Assembly (NCBI GenBank): GCA_017963805.1
Contig: JAGCTE010000006.1
Coordinates: 5,118 to 69,117 of the forward strand
Source: a bacterium
GTDB taxonomy: Bacteria; Auribacterota; UBA3054
Direction of reading: 5' to 3'
Length of the DNA: 64,000 nucleotides
Shown piece after piece: positions 1 through 7,757 of the stretch (its first letter is position 1; every line of letters starts with the position of its first letter). Made by a program: the position numbers and the translations under genes. Under the pieces are notes generated by a model. The model was not told the origin of the DNA. It ran no database searches and was given only the letters and a program-made list of their open reading frames with translations.

Positions 1-392
1 GGCAGTATCGTCACAAAGCGGCTGAGCGTTTTCGTTTCCACGTCGGTCGTTATCGTTTCCTTAAGAGCATAAGTTTCGTTCTTGGGAAGCGAGGCATATT
101 CGGAATCGTAGTAATCCCAGCACACCGTGCCTTCCGCTTCGTCGGAAGTCGTGTCGGAAAAGACGAGGCCGGACTGCTCAGGATCGGAAGCGACCTCCGC
201 CTTTATCACAAGAGACTTCATGTTGCCGCCAGCCAGAGCGCTGCAGTAATAGAGCTCGTCCGTGTGCAAAAGCAGTATGGGCTCGTCCGTTATTGGCGCT
301 CCGTTAAAAGAAGCGTTCCCGGACCAGCAGTCCTCGCCAAGCGCCGCGCCGCAAATTAGCGCGGATACAAAAAGCAAAAGAACTCTTTTCAT
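1..392 (-). CDS. Partial small secreted protein running off the left window edge. It is a paralog of the N-terminal PEP-CTERM module of the 5734..7434 product.
   Basis: Not in the ORF track because it is truncated by the window edge. The reverse complement from ATG at 390..392 reads MKRVLLLFVSALICGAALGEDCWSGNASFNGAP...ETKTLSRFVTILP. This is collinear with MKNILFAGLVALFCLAAFCDECWSEAGSFDGNEL...FACTVTILPEP of the 5734..7434 product. It has a signal peptide, a CWS..SF(D/N)G motif and the TILP(EP) start of a PEP-CTERM tail. Confidence 0.5.
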   Translation of the reverse strand, partial: MKRVLLLFVSALICGAALGEDCWSGNASFNGAPITDEPILLLHTDELYYCSALAGGNMKSLVIKAEVASDPEQSGLVFSDTTSDEAEGTVCWDYYDSEYASLPKNETYALKETITTDVETKTLSRFVTIL

Positions 393-471
393 GTTTTTCT
401 TCCTTTATGTTATCTACGGAAGCCATTTTACCCCAAACCATTATAAAAATCAACAGCAAACCGTTTTAGAA

Positions 472-2388
472 CTAAGCGTTCATAAAATCTTCCCAGGCGG
501 CGTAGAGATCTGCGAGTTCTTGCTGGGCTTGTTCTTTTTCCTGGGTGAGGGCGCGGCCGAGTTCGTGATCTGCTCTGGCGAAGGCCTCGGCGATCTGTTT
601 GTCGAGGTCTTCGATCTTCTGCTCAAGAGATTCTATTTTGTTGGTGAGCTCTTCTTCCTGTTTGGCCAGTTTCTGCCTGGCGTTGTTGGAAAGCGGTTTG
701 GCAGAAGTGTTTTCCGTTTTGGGTTTGGGCTGTTCTTTTTTGCTCTGCTTGTTTTCCTTCGCTTCCTTTTGCTCCCTTTCTTTCTTGTGGTACCAGAATT
801 CCGAGTAGGAGCCGGGGTAGGAGTGGAGTTTTTTGCCGTCGACTTCTATTATTCTCGTGGCGAGCTTGTCTAAGAAATAGCGGTCGTGGGAGACGACGAT
901 CAAAGTGCCCTTGTAATCGCTCAGGGCTTCCTCAACGGCTTCGCAGGTCTGGATATCGAGGTGGTTGGTGGGTTCGTCCAGGATCAGCGTGTTGGGGTTT
1001 ATTAGCATCAGTTTCGCGAGCTGGAGGCGGTTCTTTTCGCCACCGGAAAGATCTTTGATCTTCTTTTTAAGGTCGTCCTTGAAAAAGAGGAATCTCGCCA
1101 GGAGGTCGTAAGCCTGTTTTTCGTTGGTGATGCCGGAGATGGCGATCTCCTCGAAGACCGTGTTGTCGGGGTTCAAGGTCTCCTGCTGCTGGGAGCAGTA
1201 GCCGATCTTGATGGAGGGGCCTACTCTCAAGGTTGGGTTTTCCCAGTGGCCGTCGTTCATGATGGCTTTGATGAGGGTGCTTTTGCCGCTGCCGTTGGGT
1301 CCGACTAAGGCGACGCGTTCCCCGGACGTGATGTCGAGGTCAACGTGGTCGAGGACTAATCTTCCGTCGAAAGAGGCGGAAAAGCCTCTGACCTGGATGG
1401 CGATGTTGGCGTGGCTTGATTCGCCCTGGAAGCGGATAGATGCTTTCTTATCCTCTTTTTCCGGAGCCTGGACGGCGGTCTGCTTAAGCTGCTCTATCTT
1501 CGATTCCCGGGAGCGGATCATTTTCCCCCAGCGCTTGTCGTCGTAGACCTGGGCGAAATTTCTTATCCTTAAGATCATGGCTTCCAGGCTGGCAAGCCGC
1601 TTCTCATAAGCGGCGTGCTCTTTTTCCTGGCGTATCTGCTGCTCGAGCTTCTGGGCCCGGTAGTCGGAGTAGTTGCCTGGGAAATACGAGATCCTGCCGC
1701 TTTTCAGTTCGAGTATGCCGTTGCAGGTCTGGTCGAGGAGATAGCGGTTGTGGGAGACGAGAAGAATGGCCCCTTTGTATTTCTTAAGGAAATCTTCCAG
1801 CCAGGCGATGCCGACGTAGTCGAGGTGGTTGGCGGGTTCGTCAAGGATGAGAAGGTCCGGGCGGTTGAGAAGCGCGCCGGTCAGGGAGACGAGGTTGCGT
1901 TCGCCGCCGGAAAGCGACATGACGGTCTGCTTGGTCCTGTTGGCGAGTCCGAAGGCAGCCAGCATGCGCTCGGCTTGCACGGCGTAGTTGTCGCCGCCCT
2001 GCTCTTCGAAGAGATCCCTCGCCCTCTGGAAGGCGTTGAGCTTTTTGTCGAGCTCTTCGGGGGCGCACTCCGCAAGCTGCTTTTCCGCTTCCCTAAGCCT
2101 TCTCTCGACCTTGTTGTGCTCTTTCAGGAGGTAATCCAAGATCGTGACGTCGTCGGGGCAGACCACAGTCTGCGGAACGTAGCCGATCCTTGCTTCCTCG
2201 TCAAAAATAAAAGATCCTCCGGAGGTTTTCTCTTCCCCCACGAGGATCTTCAAAAGCGTGGTCTTGCCGCAGCCGTTGGCGCCAACCAATCCCCATTTGT
2301 CGCATGGGTTGATCTCGAAGGAGACGCCGTCCAAAAGGACTTGCAGTCCGTATTCCTTCCTGAGTCCGTTGACGCGGAGAAGGGCCAT
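472..2388 (-). CDS. ABC-F family ATPase (Uup/EttA/YheS-like) with two ABC domains and a C-terminal coiled coil.
   Basis: Two Walker A motifs (GANGCGKTTLLKIL, GPNGSGKSTLIKAI) and two ABC signature motifs (LSGGERNLVSLTGAL, LSGGEKNRLQLAKLM), each followed by a Walker B (LLILDEPANHLD, LILDEPTNHLD). The C-terminus is a K/E/Q-rich coiled-coil tail. No transmembrane domain. Confidence 0.9.
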   Translation of the reverse strand: MALLRVNGLRKEYGLQVLLDGVSFEINPCDKWGLVGANGCGKTTLLKILVGEEKTSGGSFIFDEEARIGYVPQTVVCPDDVTILDYLLKEHNKVERRLREAEKQLAECAPEELDKKLNAFQRARDLFEEQGGDNYAVQAERMLAAFGLANRTKQTVMSLSGGERNLVSLTGALLNRPDLLILDEPANHLDYVGIAWLEDFLKKYKGAILLVSHNRYLLDQTCNGILELKSGRISYFPGNYSDYRAQKLEQQIRQEKEHAAYEKRLASLEAMILRIRNFAQVYDDKRWGKMIRSRESKIEQLKQTAVQAPEKEDKKASIRFQGESSHANIAIQVRGFSASFDGRLVLDHVDLDITSGERVALVGPNGSGKSTLIKAIMNDGHWENPTLRVGPSIKIGYCSQQQETLNPDNTVFEEIAISGITNEKQAYDLLARFLFFKDDLKKKIKDLSGGEKNRLQLAKLMLINPNTLILDEPTNHLDIQTCEAVEEALSDYKGTLIVVSHDRYFLDKLATRIIEVDGKKLHSYPGSYSEFWYHKKEREQKEAKENKQSKKEQPKPKTENTSAKPLSNNARQKLAKQEEELTNKIESLEQKIEDLDKQIAEAFARADHELGRALTQEKEQAQQELADLYAAWEDFMNA

Positions 2389-2397
2389 TTTTAGCCC

Positions 2398-4350
2398 TTA
2401 TTCTCCTTTTTCCTCTGCCGGGACGATGCTTTCGACTTTGACATCGCCGCGGCCGGATCCGCCTTTCTTTACATTTTTGGAGACGGTCTTCTTCACTTCT
2501 TCCACCGTCTTTTTCGGCTTGGCCTTCTCGGATTTCTTGGTGGCTTCCAAGGTTTCCTCTTTGGCTTTTTCAGCGTTGCGGATCCTGTCCCTTTCGGCCT
2601 TCTCCTCTCTTTCCTTGGCCTCCCTTTCCCTTTCGGCGTCGGCTAAGGCTTTTTCGGCGATCCTTTTCGCCTTGGCTTCGGCTTCCGCTTTGGCTTTGGC
2701 CTGGTATTCTTCCCAGAGAAGTCCGCTCTCGACGTCGACTTGCTGCATTTTGAGGGTCGCTTTGTCCTCGGGGGCGGGCATGAGGCGCCACTCGACTTTG
2801 CGGCCGTCTATGACTTCCGTTTGCGGAGCGGAAGGAGGCGTTGAGGGGTTGGAAACTATTACGGGCGCGCCGCTATTGTCCTTCTTTACGACCGTCATGG
2901 TCATTTCGTTCTGCTTAGGCTGCTGCGGAGTTGTCGGCTGGACAGTTTTGGCAGGCTGCGCCGCGGGCTGGGCCGTTTGGACGGCCGGGGCGGAAGGGGC
3001 GGTCTGCTTTGGCTGCTGAGCCTGGCCTTGCTTGGCGGCGGCCATCTGCCTGAGGTACGCGTCGAAATAATTGTAGGTCGGCTTGGCGGTCGCGGGCCTG
3101 GGGCCGGAAACCGTCTCGCCCTTTACGAGCTTTATGATGATGTCGAGGGCCTGGGGCATGCAGAAGTAGCCGAGGTGCGAGCCGTGGTCGAGCATGACGA
3201 GGCGGTCGCCCATCTGGCGCTTGAGCCAGTTGCGGTCGTAGTCGTTCAAAAGGAAGTCGTCGGCGGTGTGCAAGCAGACGATGTTTCGGTTCTGCCTGAG
3301 CTCGTTGGCCATGGCCGGGAGGCTGCAGATGCCGTTGACGTGCTTGAAGGGCTCGCTGGTCGCGAAGATCGTGGGATGCGCTTCCTTTAGGAAGGTGTCG
3401 ACGTAGCGCTGGTAGCCGTAGCGCTCCAGTTGCTTTTCGAACTCCTGCTGCTTCCAGCTGGAGACTTCGCCGAAGATCTCCATGGGATGGCGCTCGATGA
3501 TCTTTTTCATAACGTCGCCCAAAGACATCCTGAACGTGAAGCCGATGACGAACGAAGCCTGCTCTTCCGTAACGGGAAGGTAGGTGTCGGTCTGGAGGGC
3601 ACCGTAAGAGTAGCCCTTGTAGAAGCCGACCGCCATGTTGCGGTTGTTGGTCAAAGTCACGGCGTCCCAGTTTTTCCAAATGCCGTAGTATTTGTCCAGA
3701 GTCGTCAAACCGTAGATGAGGTTGACGGGCGGATTAAGGAGCACGTAGCGCTTGACGTTCAGGCGGTGCTCTATAACGTCGTTGCGGGTAAGGAAAGCCG
3801 CCTGCAGGGCGCCCAGAGAATAGCCGACGACAGTGATGTCCTTCACTTTCCCGGGATGCTCCTCGTTGATGTCGTCGAGGACCCTGGCGATGTGATGGTA
3901 GAGGTCCTTGGCGTCGCTTCTGGTGTAGCCGGGAGCCATGCTGGTCAAAGCGGACTGCGTGAATTCCCAGCAGAAGGGGTTGCTTACTATGGCGACGGAA
4001 AAGCCTGCGTTGAAGATGGCTTCCGCCAAGAGCGCGGCCTGCGAGTTGCGGTAGTGGTCGCCTAAGCCGGGCACGATGAAGACGAGGTCCGCCGGCTGCT
4101 TCTGCATCCAGACGCTGTAGCGGGAATCGACTTCTTCTTCCTGGCCGTCAATTTTGTTGGTGAATTTGACCTTGCCTTTCTCGACGTCGAAATAGAAGTC
4201 GTTGTCCTTGAAGTTCGCCAGCTTGTAGCGGAAGGAGTCGACGACGGGGCCCTGGGCCGGGAAGTTGGTCAGGGCTATGTAGATCTCGCCGCTGGCGGCG
4301 AGCGTCCCCAAAGAGACGAGCAGGGAAAGTAATGCTATAAGTTTTTTCAT
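2398..4350 (-). CDS. Secreted alpha/beta-hydrolase-fold esterase/lipase-like protein with a long low-complexity C-terminal tail.
   Basis: N-terminal signal peptide MKKLIALLSLLVSLGTLAAS. GXSXG nucleophile-elbow motif in VVGYSLGALQAAF. The C-terminal ~200 aa are a P/Q/A-rich then K/E/A-rich low-complexity region. Confidence 0.55.
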   Translation of the reverse strand: MKKLIALLSLLVSLGTLAASGEIYIALTNFPAQGPVVDSFRYKLANFKDNDFYFDVEKGKVKFTNKIDGQEEEVDSRYSVWMQKQPADLVFIVPGLGDHYRNSQAALLAEAIFNAGFSVAIVSNPFCWEFTQSALTSMAPGYTRSDAKDLYHHIARVLDDINEEHPGKVKDITVVGYSLGALQAAFLTRNDVIEHRLNVKRYVLLNPPVNLIYGLTTLDKYYGIWKNWDAVTLTNNRNMAVGFYKGYSYGALQTDTYLPVTEEQASFVIGFTFRMSLGDVMKKIIERHPMEIFGEVSSWKQQEFEKQLERYGYQRYVDTFLKEAHPTIFATSEPFKHVNGICSLPAMANELRQNRNIVCLHTADDFLLNDYDRNWLKRQMGDRLVMLDHGSHLGYFCMPQALDIIIKLVKGETVSGPRPATAKPTYNYFDAYLRQMAAAKQGQAQQPKQTAPSAPAVQTAQPAAQPAKTVQPTTPQQPKQNEMTMTVVKKDNSGAPVIVSNPSTPPSAPQTEVIDGRKVEWRLMPAPEDKATLKMQQVDVESGLLWEEYQAKAKAEAEAKAKRIAEKALADAEREREAKEREEKAERDRIRNAEKAKEETLEATKKSEKAKPKKTVEEVKKTVSKNVKKGGSGRGDVKVESIVPAEEKGE

Positions 4351-5555
4351 TCGTCGATCTCCGCGCTTCTCTTAAGGTACCACATGTCTCTGGCGAAGGA
4401 GTAGGGATCGCCGTTGTCTATAAGCATGCTGTCGATGGAATCGACCTGAAGGCTGATGTTGTTCATGACCATGAAGGTCTTGACCATGCCGCCGAAGGGC
4501 AGGTACGTCCTCGGGTCCATGGCCTCGTCGAAGATCATGCCGACCGTGTCGCGGGCGGTCAAAGGACCGGCGATGGGCAGGAAGATATAGCAGCCGGGGC
4601 CGATGCCGTAATAGCCGAAGGTCTGCCCGGTGTCCTCGTCGTATTTTTCAAGGTCGAACCAGGCTTTGGCAGGGTCGAAAAGACCGCCGATGCCGACGGA
4701 CGTGTTGATAAGGAAGCGGGCGGTCTCGACGCCGGCTCCTTTGAATTTAGCCTGAGCGAGGTTGTTTATGAGTCTTTTGGGCCAGACGATGTTGTGGTCC
4801 ATTTGCGAGATGCACTCTCTGGCCACGGTGGGAACGACGAAACGGTATCCTTTGCAGACCGGGCCGATGAAGTAGGTGTAAGCGTAGTCGTTGACGACGA
4901 ACATGCAGCGGTTGAAACGCTCTATCGGGTCGTCGACGAAAAGTTCGTCGGAAAGAAGCGGCGCGGCGTCGTCCGCGTCATAGTCGTGGGAGATCTGGCT
5001 GTAATCCATGTAGTCTACGTAATCGCCGCCCACAACATTCTGCGGAGGAAGCTCAACAGTTTCCTGCTTGGGCGGCTTGGGAGGGTCCAGCTCCCGGAGC
5101 GTCACTTTCGGCAGAGCCTCAATAAGCTCCACCATATCCGGAGTGTCCAGCTTCGGGGGGTTGACCTTCATGTAGACCTTGTGGTCCAGTTCCTTGTACG
5201 GCGTGTAGAAGACCACGTTCGTTGTAAAGTTCGTGACAGAAACGTTGATGTAGTAGTCCTTCGTCTCGAAGCGCCTGACGCCGCCGGTGACCGTCACGGT
5301 CTCTATGGCCAGCTTGTAGTAGACGGAATCGGGAAGATTGGCGTCCACTCTCTCCCAGTTGGAGCTGGAGTTCATGACGACGTTCGTCACGTAGCGCGCC
5401 ACGCTCATGGTCTGCGTCTGCGCGGAGATAGTTCCGGGCGTGACCGTCTGCATGGTGACTTCGGCGTAGGCGAAGGCGCCGAAGAGGGCCGCCGCGGCCA
5501 AAACGCCGAGACGGAACCTTAGATCCTTTTTGTTTTCTCTCATTTTTATTCTCAA
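4347..5555 (-). CDS. mlaA: MlaA/VacJ-family outer-membrane lipoprotein with an extra N-terminal domain.
   Basis: The C-terminal half matches MlaA/VacJ conserved blocks (NRCMFVVNDYAYTYFIGPV, NLAQAKFKGAGVETARFLINTSVGIGGLFDPA, GYYGIGPGCYIFLPIAGPLTARDTVGMIFD). Signal peptide and hydrophobic N-terminus. Confidence 0.65.
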   Translation of the reverse strand: MRIKMRENKKDLRFRLGVLAAAALFGAFAYAEVTMQTVTPGTISAQTQTMSVARYVTNVVMNSSSNWERVDANLPDSVYYKLAIETVTVTGGVRRFETKDYYINVSVTNFTTNVVFYTPYKELDHKVYMKVNPPKLDTPDMVELIEALPKVTLRELDPPKPPKQETVELPPQNVVGGDYVDYMDYSQISHDYDADDAAPLLSDELFVDDPIERFNRCMFVVNDYAYTYFIGPVCKGYRFVVPTVARECISQMDHNIVWPKRLINNLAQAKFKGAGVETARFLINTSVGIGGLFDPAKAWFDLEKYDEDTGQTFGYYGIGPGCYIFLPIAGPLTARDTVGMIFDEAMDPRTYLPFGGMVKTFMVMNNISLQVDSIDSMLIDNGDPYSFARDMWYLKRSAEIDE

Positions 5556-5613
5556 AATGGTGATAGATATCCAATTTAAGGGAAGGTTATATTAACAAAA
5601 AGGGCTTTTTTTT

Positions 5614-5650
5614 GCAAAAGAAAAGGCCGCCCGACCGGGCGGCCTTTCTT
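5614..5650. terminator. Bidirectional rho-independent terminator hairpin ggccgccc-gacc-gggcggcc with T-rich flanks.
   Basis: GC-rich inverted repeat at 5625..5644, flanked by a T8 run on one side and tttctt on the other. It lies 3' of the minus-strand 5734..7434 gene. Confidence 0.6.
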
Positions 5651-5733
5651 AATCGCTCTCTCAGCCTCGCTTTCAGCCCGTGCGTCTAGCTAACACCCGC
5701 GCCGCGCCGCGGCTGAAAACGAGCAGGGACAAT

Positions 5734-7434
5734 TTATTTGACTAGGAACACACGGAAGCCGACATCTACGTAGCCGTGAGTGGAGCGGATAAAACGGAAG
5801 GCGGAGCGGCATAAAGAGGCTTTGGATGAATAACTTCCCCCCCGGACCACACGCTGATAATTTGTGCTCGCTCCCGCGGGATCGGTCTCCGCGCCGGTGT
5901 AATCGCCGTAGATATCCAGACACCACTCATACACGTTCCCGTGCATATCGTACAAGCCCCAGGCGTTGGGCAGATACGAGCCGACTTCGGTGTGTTTGTC
6001 GTCATATCCCCCTTTGCCGTCGGATATATTCGAAGCGTATCTGCCAAGTTTGTTCAATTCCGGATCTTCATTTTCATTTGTTATATACGTCCCGTTGTTC
6101 CATGAGGTCGTCGTTTCCGCCCTGCAGGCGTACTCCCACTGAGCTTCCGTCGGCAGGTCAAAATCAAATCCGGTCTTGGCGCGCAGAATGCCCATGAAGG
6201 ATCCTTCGTCTACCGCGTTGTTAGCCGGCCAGCTTAATCCAGTATTGTCCCCGCGGATATCGTCGTATGCAACTTGTTCCGCCGGCCTCGTATAGCCAAC
6301 ATGTTCGAACGGCCTGGTATCGAGGGCGGTTTCGCTACAGTCCATGACCAATTCATACTGTCTTTGGGTAACTTCGAACACGCCGGCATAGAAAGGTCTG
6401 GTCAGCGTCACTTTGTGCTCAACTTCGCGGGCGAGTCTGCCTATTTCGCCTTCGGGACTTCCCATGATGTATGTTCCCGCAGGGATCACGCGCAGGACCA
6501 GCTTCGTGGTCTTGTACTCTTCTGTCCAGCCGCCTTCTGGCACATCGGCAAGGTAAGACACCGGAAAACTTTCCGCGTCTTTTCCACCGGAAAGGTCTAT
6601 GACCATGTAAGTCTTGGCACTGTCAATTGCCTCGGCCTGTACCTTAACTTTGAACTTGTCGGTTTTGACGGAGTTAAAGCTTTCGTCCGGGATCCAGATT
6701 ACTTTGTGGTTTCCGGAGCCGCAGAAAGTTTCGTTGAGCGAAGAACAGAGCGCTCCCTGAAGCGTGCCTTTTTCCTTAAGCTCGAAAGTCGTTTCGCCGT
6801 TGTCAACGGAACCGTAGAACTTCATGTCATAAACCGTATTCGCGTTCGCGGGAGTCATCGTATAATTTATGACTACGTTTTTGGAACAGGGCTTGATCTG
6901 CAGGAAGCTGATGTTCCCGACGACACCGTCGGCTTTGGCGCTGAAAGAAGAAACACCGACAAGCGCCAAAATCGCGGCAAGAACTTTAACGCGCCTGCGC
7001 AGGAAAAGCGCGCCGACTATCGCGAAGATCGCGAAAATCGCCGGCTCGGGCAAAATAGTGACCGTGCAGGCGAAGGCTTCGCTAGACCTGGAGCTGGTGA
7101 CGGTCTCGGTCATCTCGTAGGTGGCGTTCTTGGGCAGATAAGAATATTCCAAAGCTCTGTAGTTCCAGGTAGTCGTTCCTTCCAGCGCCGTTCCGGTAGC
7201 GTCGGAAAAGATTTCGGCAACTATGGTCTCGTCTGATTCTTTGACCGCTTCTATGGTCAAAGAGACCGGAGCGCCGTCCGCCAGGGCGCTGCTGTAGGCT
7301 ATAGGGTCGGTGGGTTTCAAAACTATTGTCGTAAGCTCGTTTCCGTCGAAGCTGCCGGCTTCCGACCAGCACTCGTCACAGAAAGCGGCAAGGCAGAAAA
7401 GAGCGACTAACCCGGCAAACAAGATATTTTTCAT
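5734..7434 (-). CDS. Fusion or read-through protein. N-terminal part is a small secreted PEP-CTERM module (~146 aa). An in-frame second signal-peptide-like segment and a formylglycine-generating enzyme (FGE/SUMF1, sulfatase-modifying) domain follow.
   Basis: aa 1-146: signal peptide then ...CTVTILPEPAIFAIFAIVGALFLRRR, the classic PEP + TM helix + Arg cluster. No stop codon follows. The frame continues VKVLAAILALVGVSSFSAKA (signal-peptide-like) into an FGE domain: GTYIMGSPEGEIGR ... WEYACRA ... GLYDMHGNVYEWCLD ... RVVRGGSYSSKASLCRSAFRFIRSTHGYVDVGFRV. Confidence 0.7.
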   Translation of the reverse strand: MKNILFAGLVALFCLAAFCDECWSEAGSFDGNELTTIVLKPTDPIAYSSALADGAPVSLTIEAVKESDETIVAEIFSDATGTALEGTTTWNYRALEYSYLPKNATYEMTETVTSSRSSEAFACTVTILPEPAIFAIFAIVGALFLRRRVKVLAAILALVGVSSFSAKADGVVGNISFLQIKPCSKNVVINYTMTPANANTVYDMKFYGSVDNGETTFELKEKGTLQGALCSSLNETFCGSGNHKVIWIPDESFNSVKTDKFKVKVQAEAIDSAKTYMVIDLSGGKDAESFPVSYLADVPEGGWTEEYKTTKLVLRVIPAGTYIMGSPEGEIGRLAREVEHKVTLTRPFYAGVFEVTQRQYELVMDCSETALDTRPFEHVGYTRPAEQVAYDDIRGDNTGLSWPANNAVDEGSFMGILRAKTGFDFDLPTEAQWEYACRAETTTSWNNGTYITNENEDPELNKLGRYASNISDGKGGYDDKHTEVGSYLPNAWGLYDMHGNVYEWCLDIYGDYTGAETDPAGASTNYQRVVRGGSYSSKASLCRSAFRFIRSTHGYVDVGFRVFLVK

Positions 7435-7698
7435 TTGATTCCTTAATGGTTGTTTTTAGTTATGTTTTCCACCGTTAGCGGATGAACCAGCCGCAAACGA
7501 TGGCGTTATGAGACTCTTTATAAGTGTATCAAAAATAACAAGAAACAACAATCCCCTTTGTTTATGCAACATCAGAGTAATTTTCAAGATACATTCTGTG
7601 TTCTGACCTTCAAAAACGAAGTGTTTTGAAAACGTGCTCAGAACAGCAACATACCCGTCACGTTTTGGCAAGTTTGCTTTTTCGCCCGGAGGTCAAAC

Positions 7699-7739
7699 AA
7701 AAAAACAGCCGCTCTTGAAGAGCGGCTGCTTTTTGATTT
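7699..7739. terminator. Bidirectional rho-independent terminator (cagccgctcttgaagagcggctg) with an A7 run upstream and a T-run downstream.
   Basis: Perfect 9-bp stem at 7706..7728. Read on the minus strand it is followed by T7, serving the 7758..9461 gene. Read on the plus strand it is followed by ctttttgattt. Confidence 0.65.
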
Positions 7740-7757
7740 AGGCTTTAGGCTTTCGCT

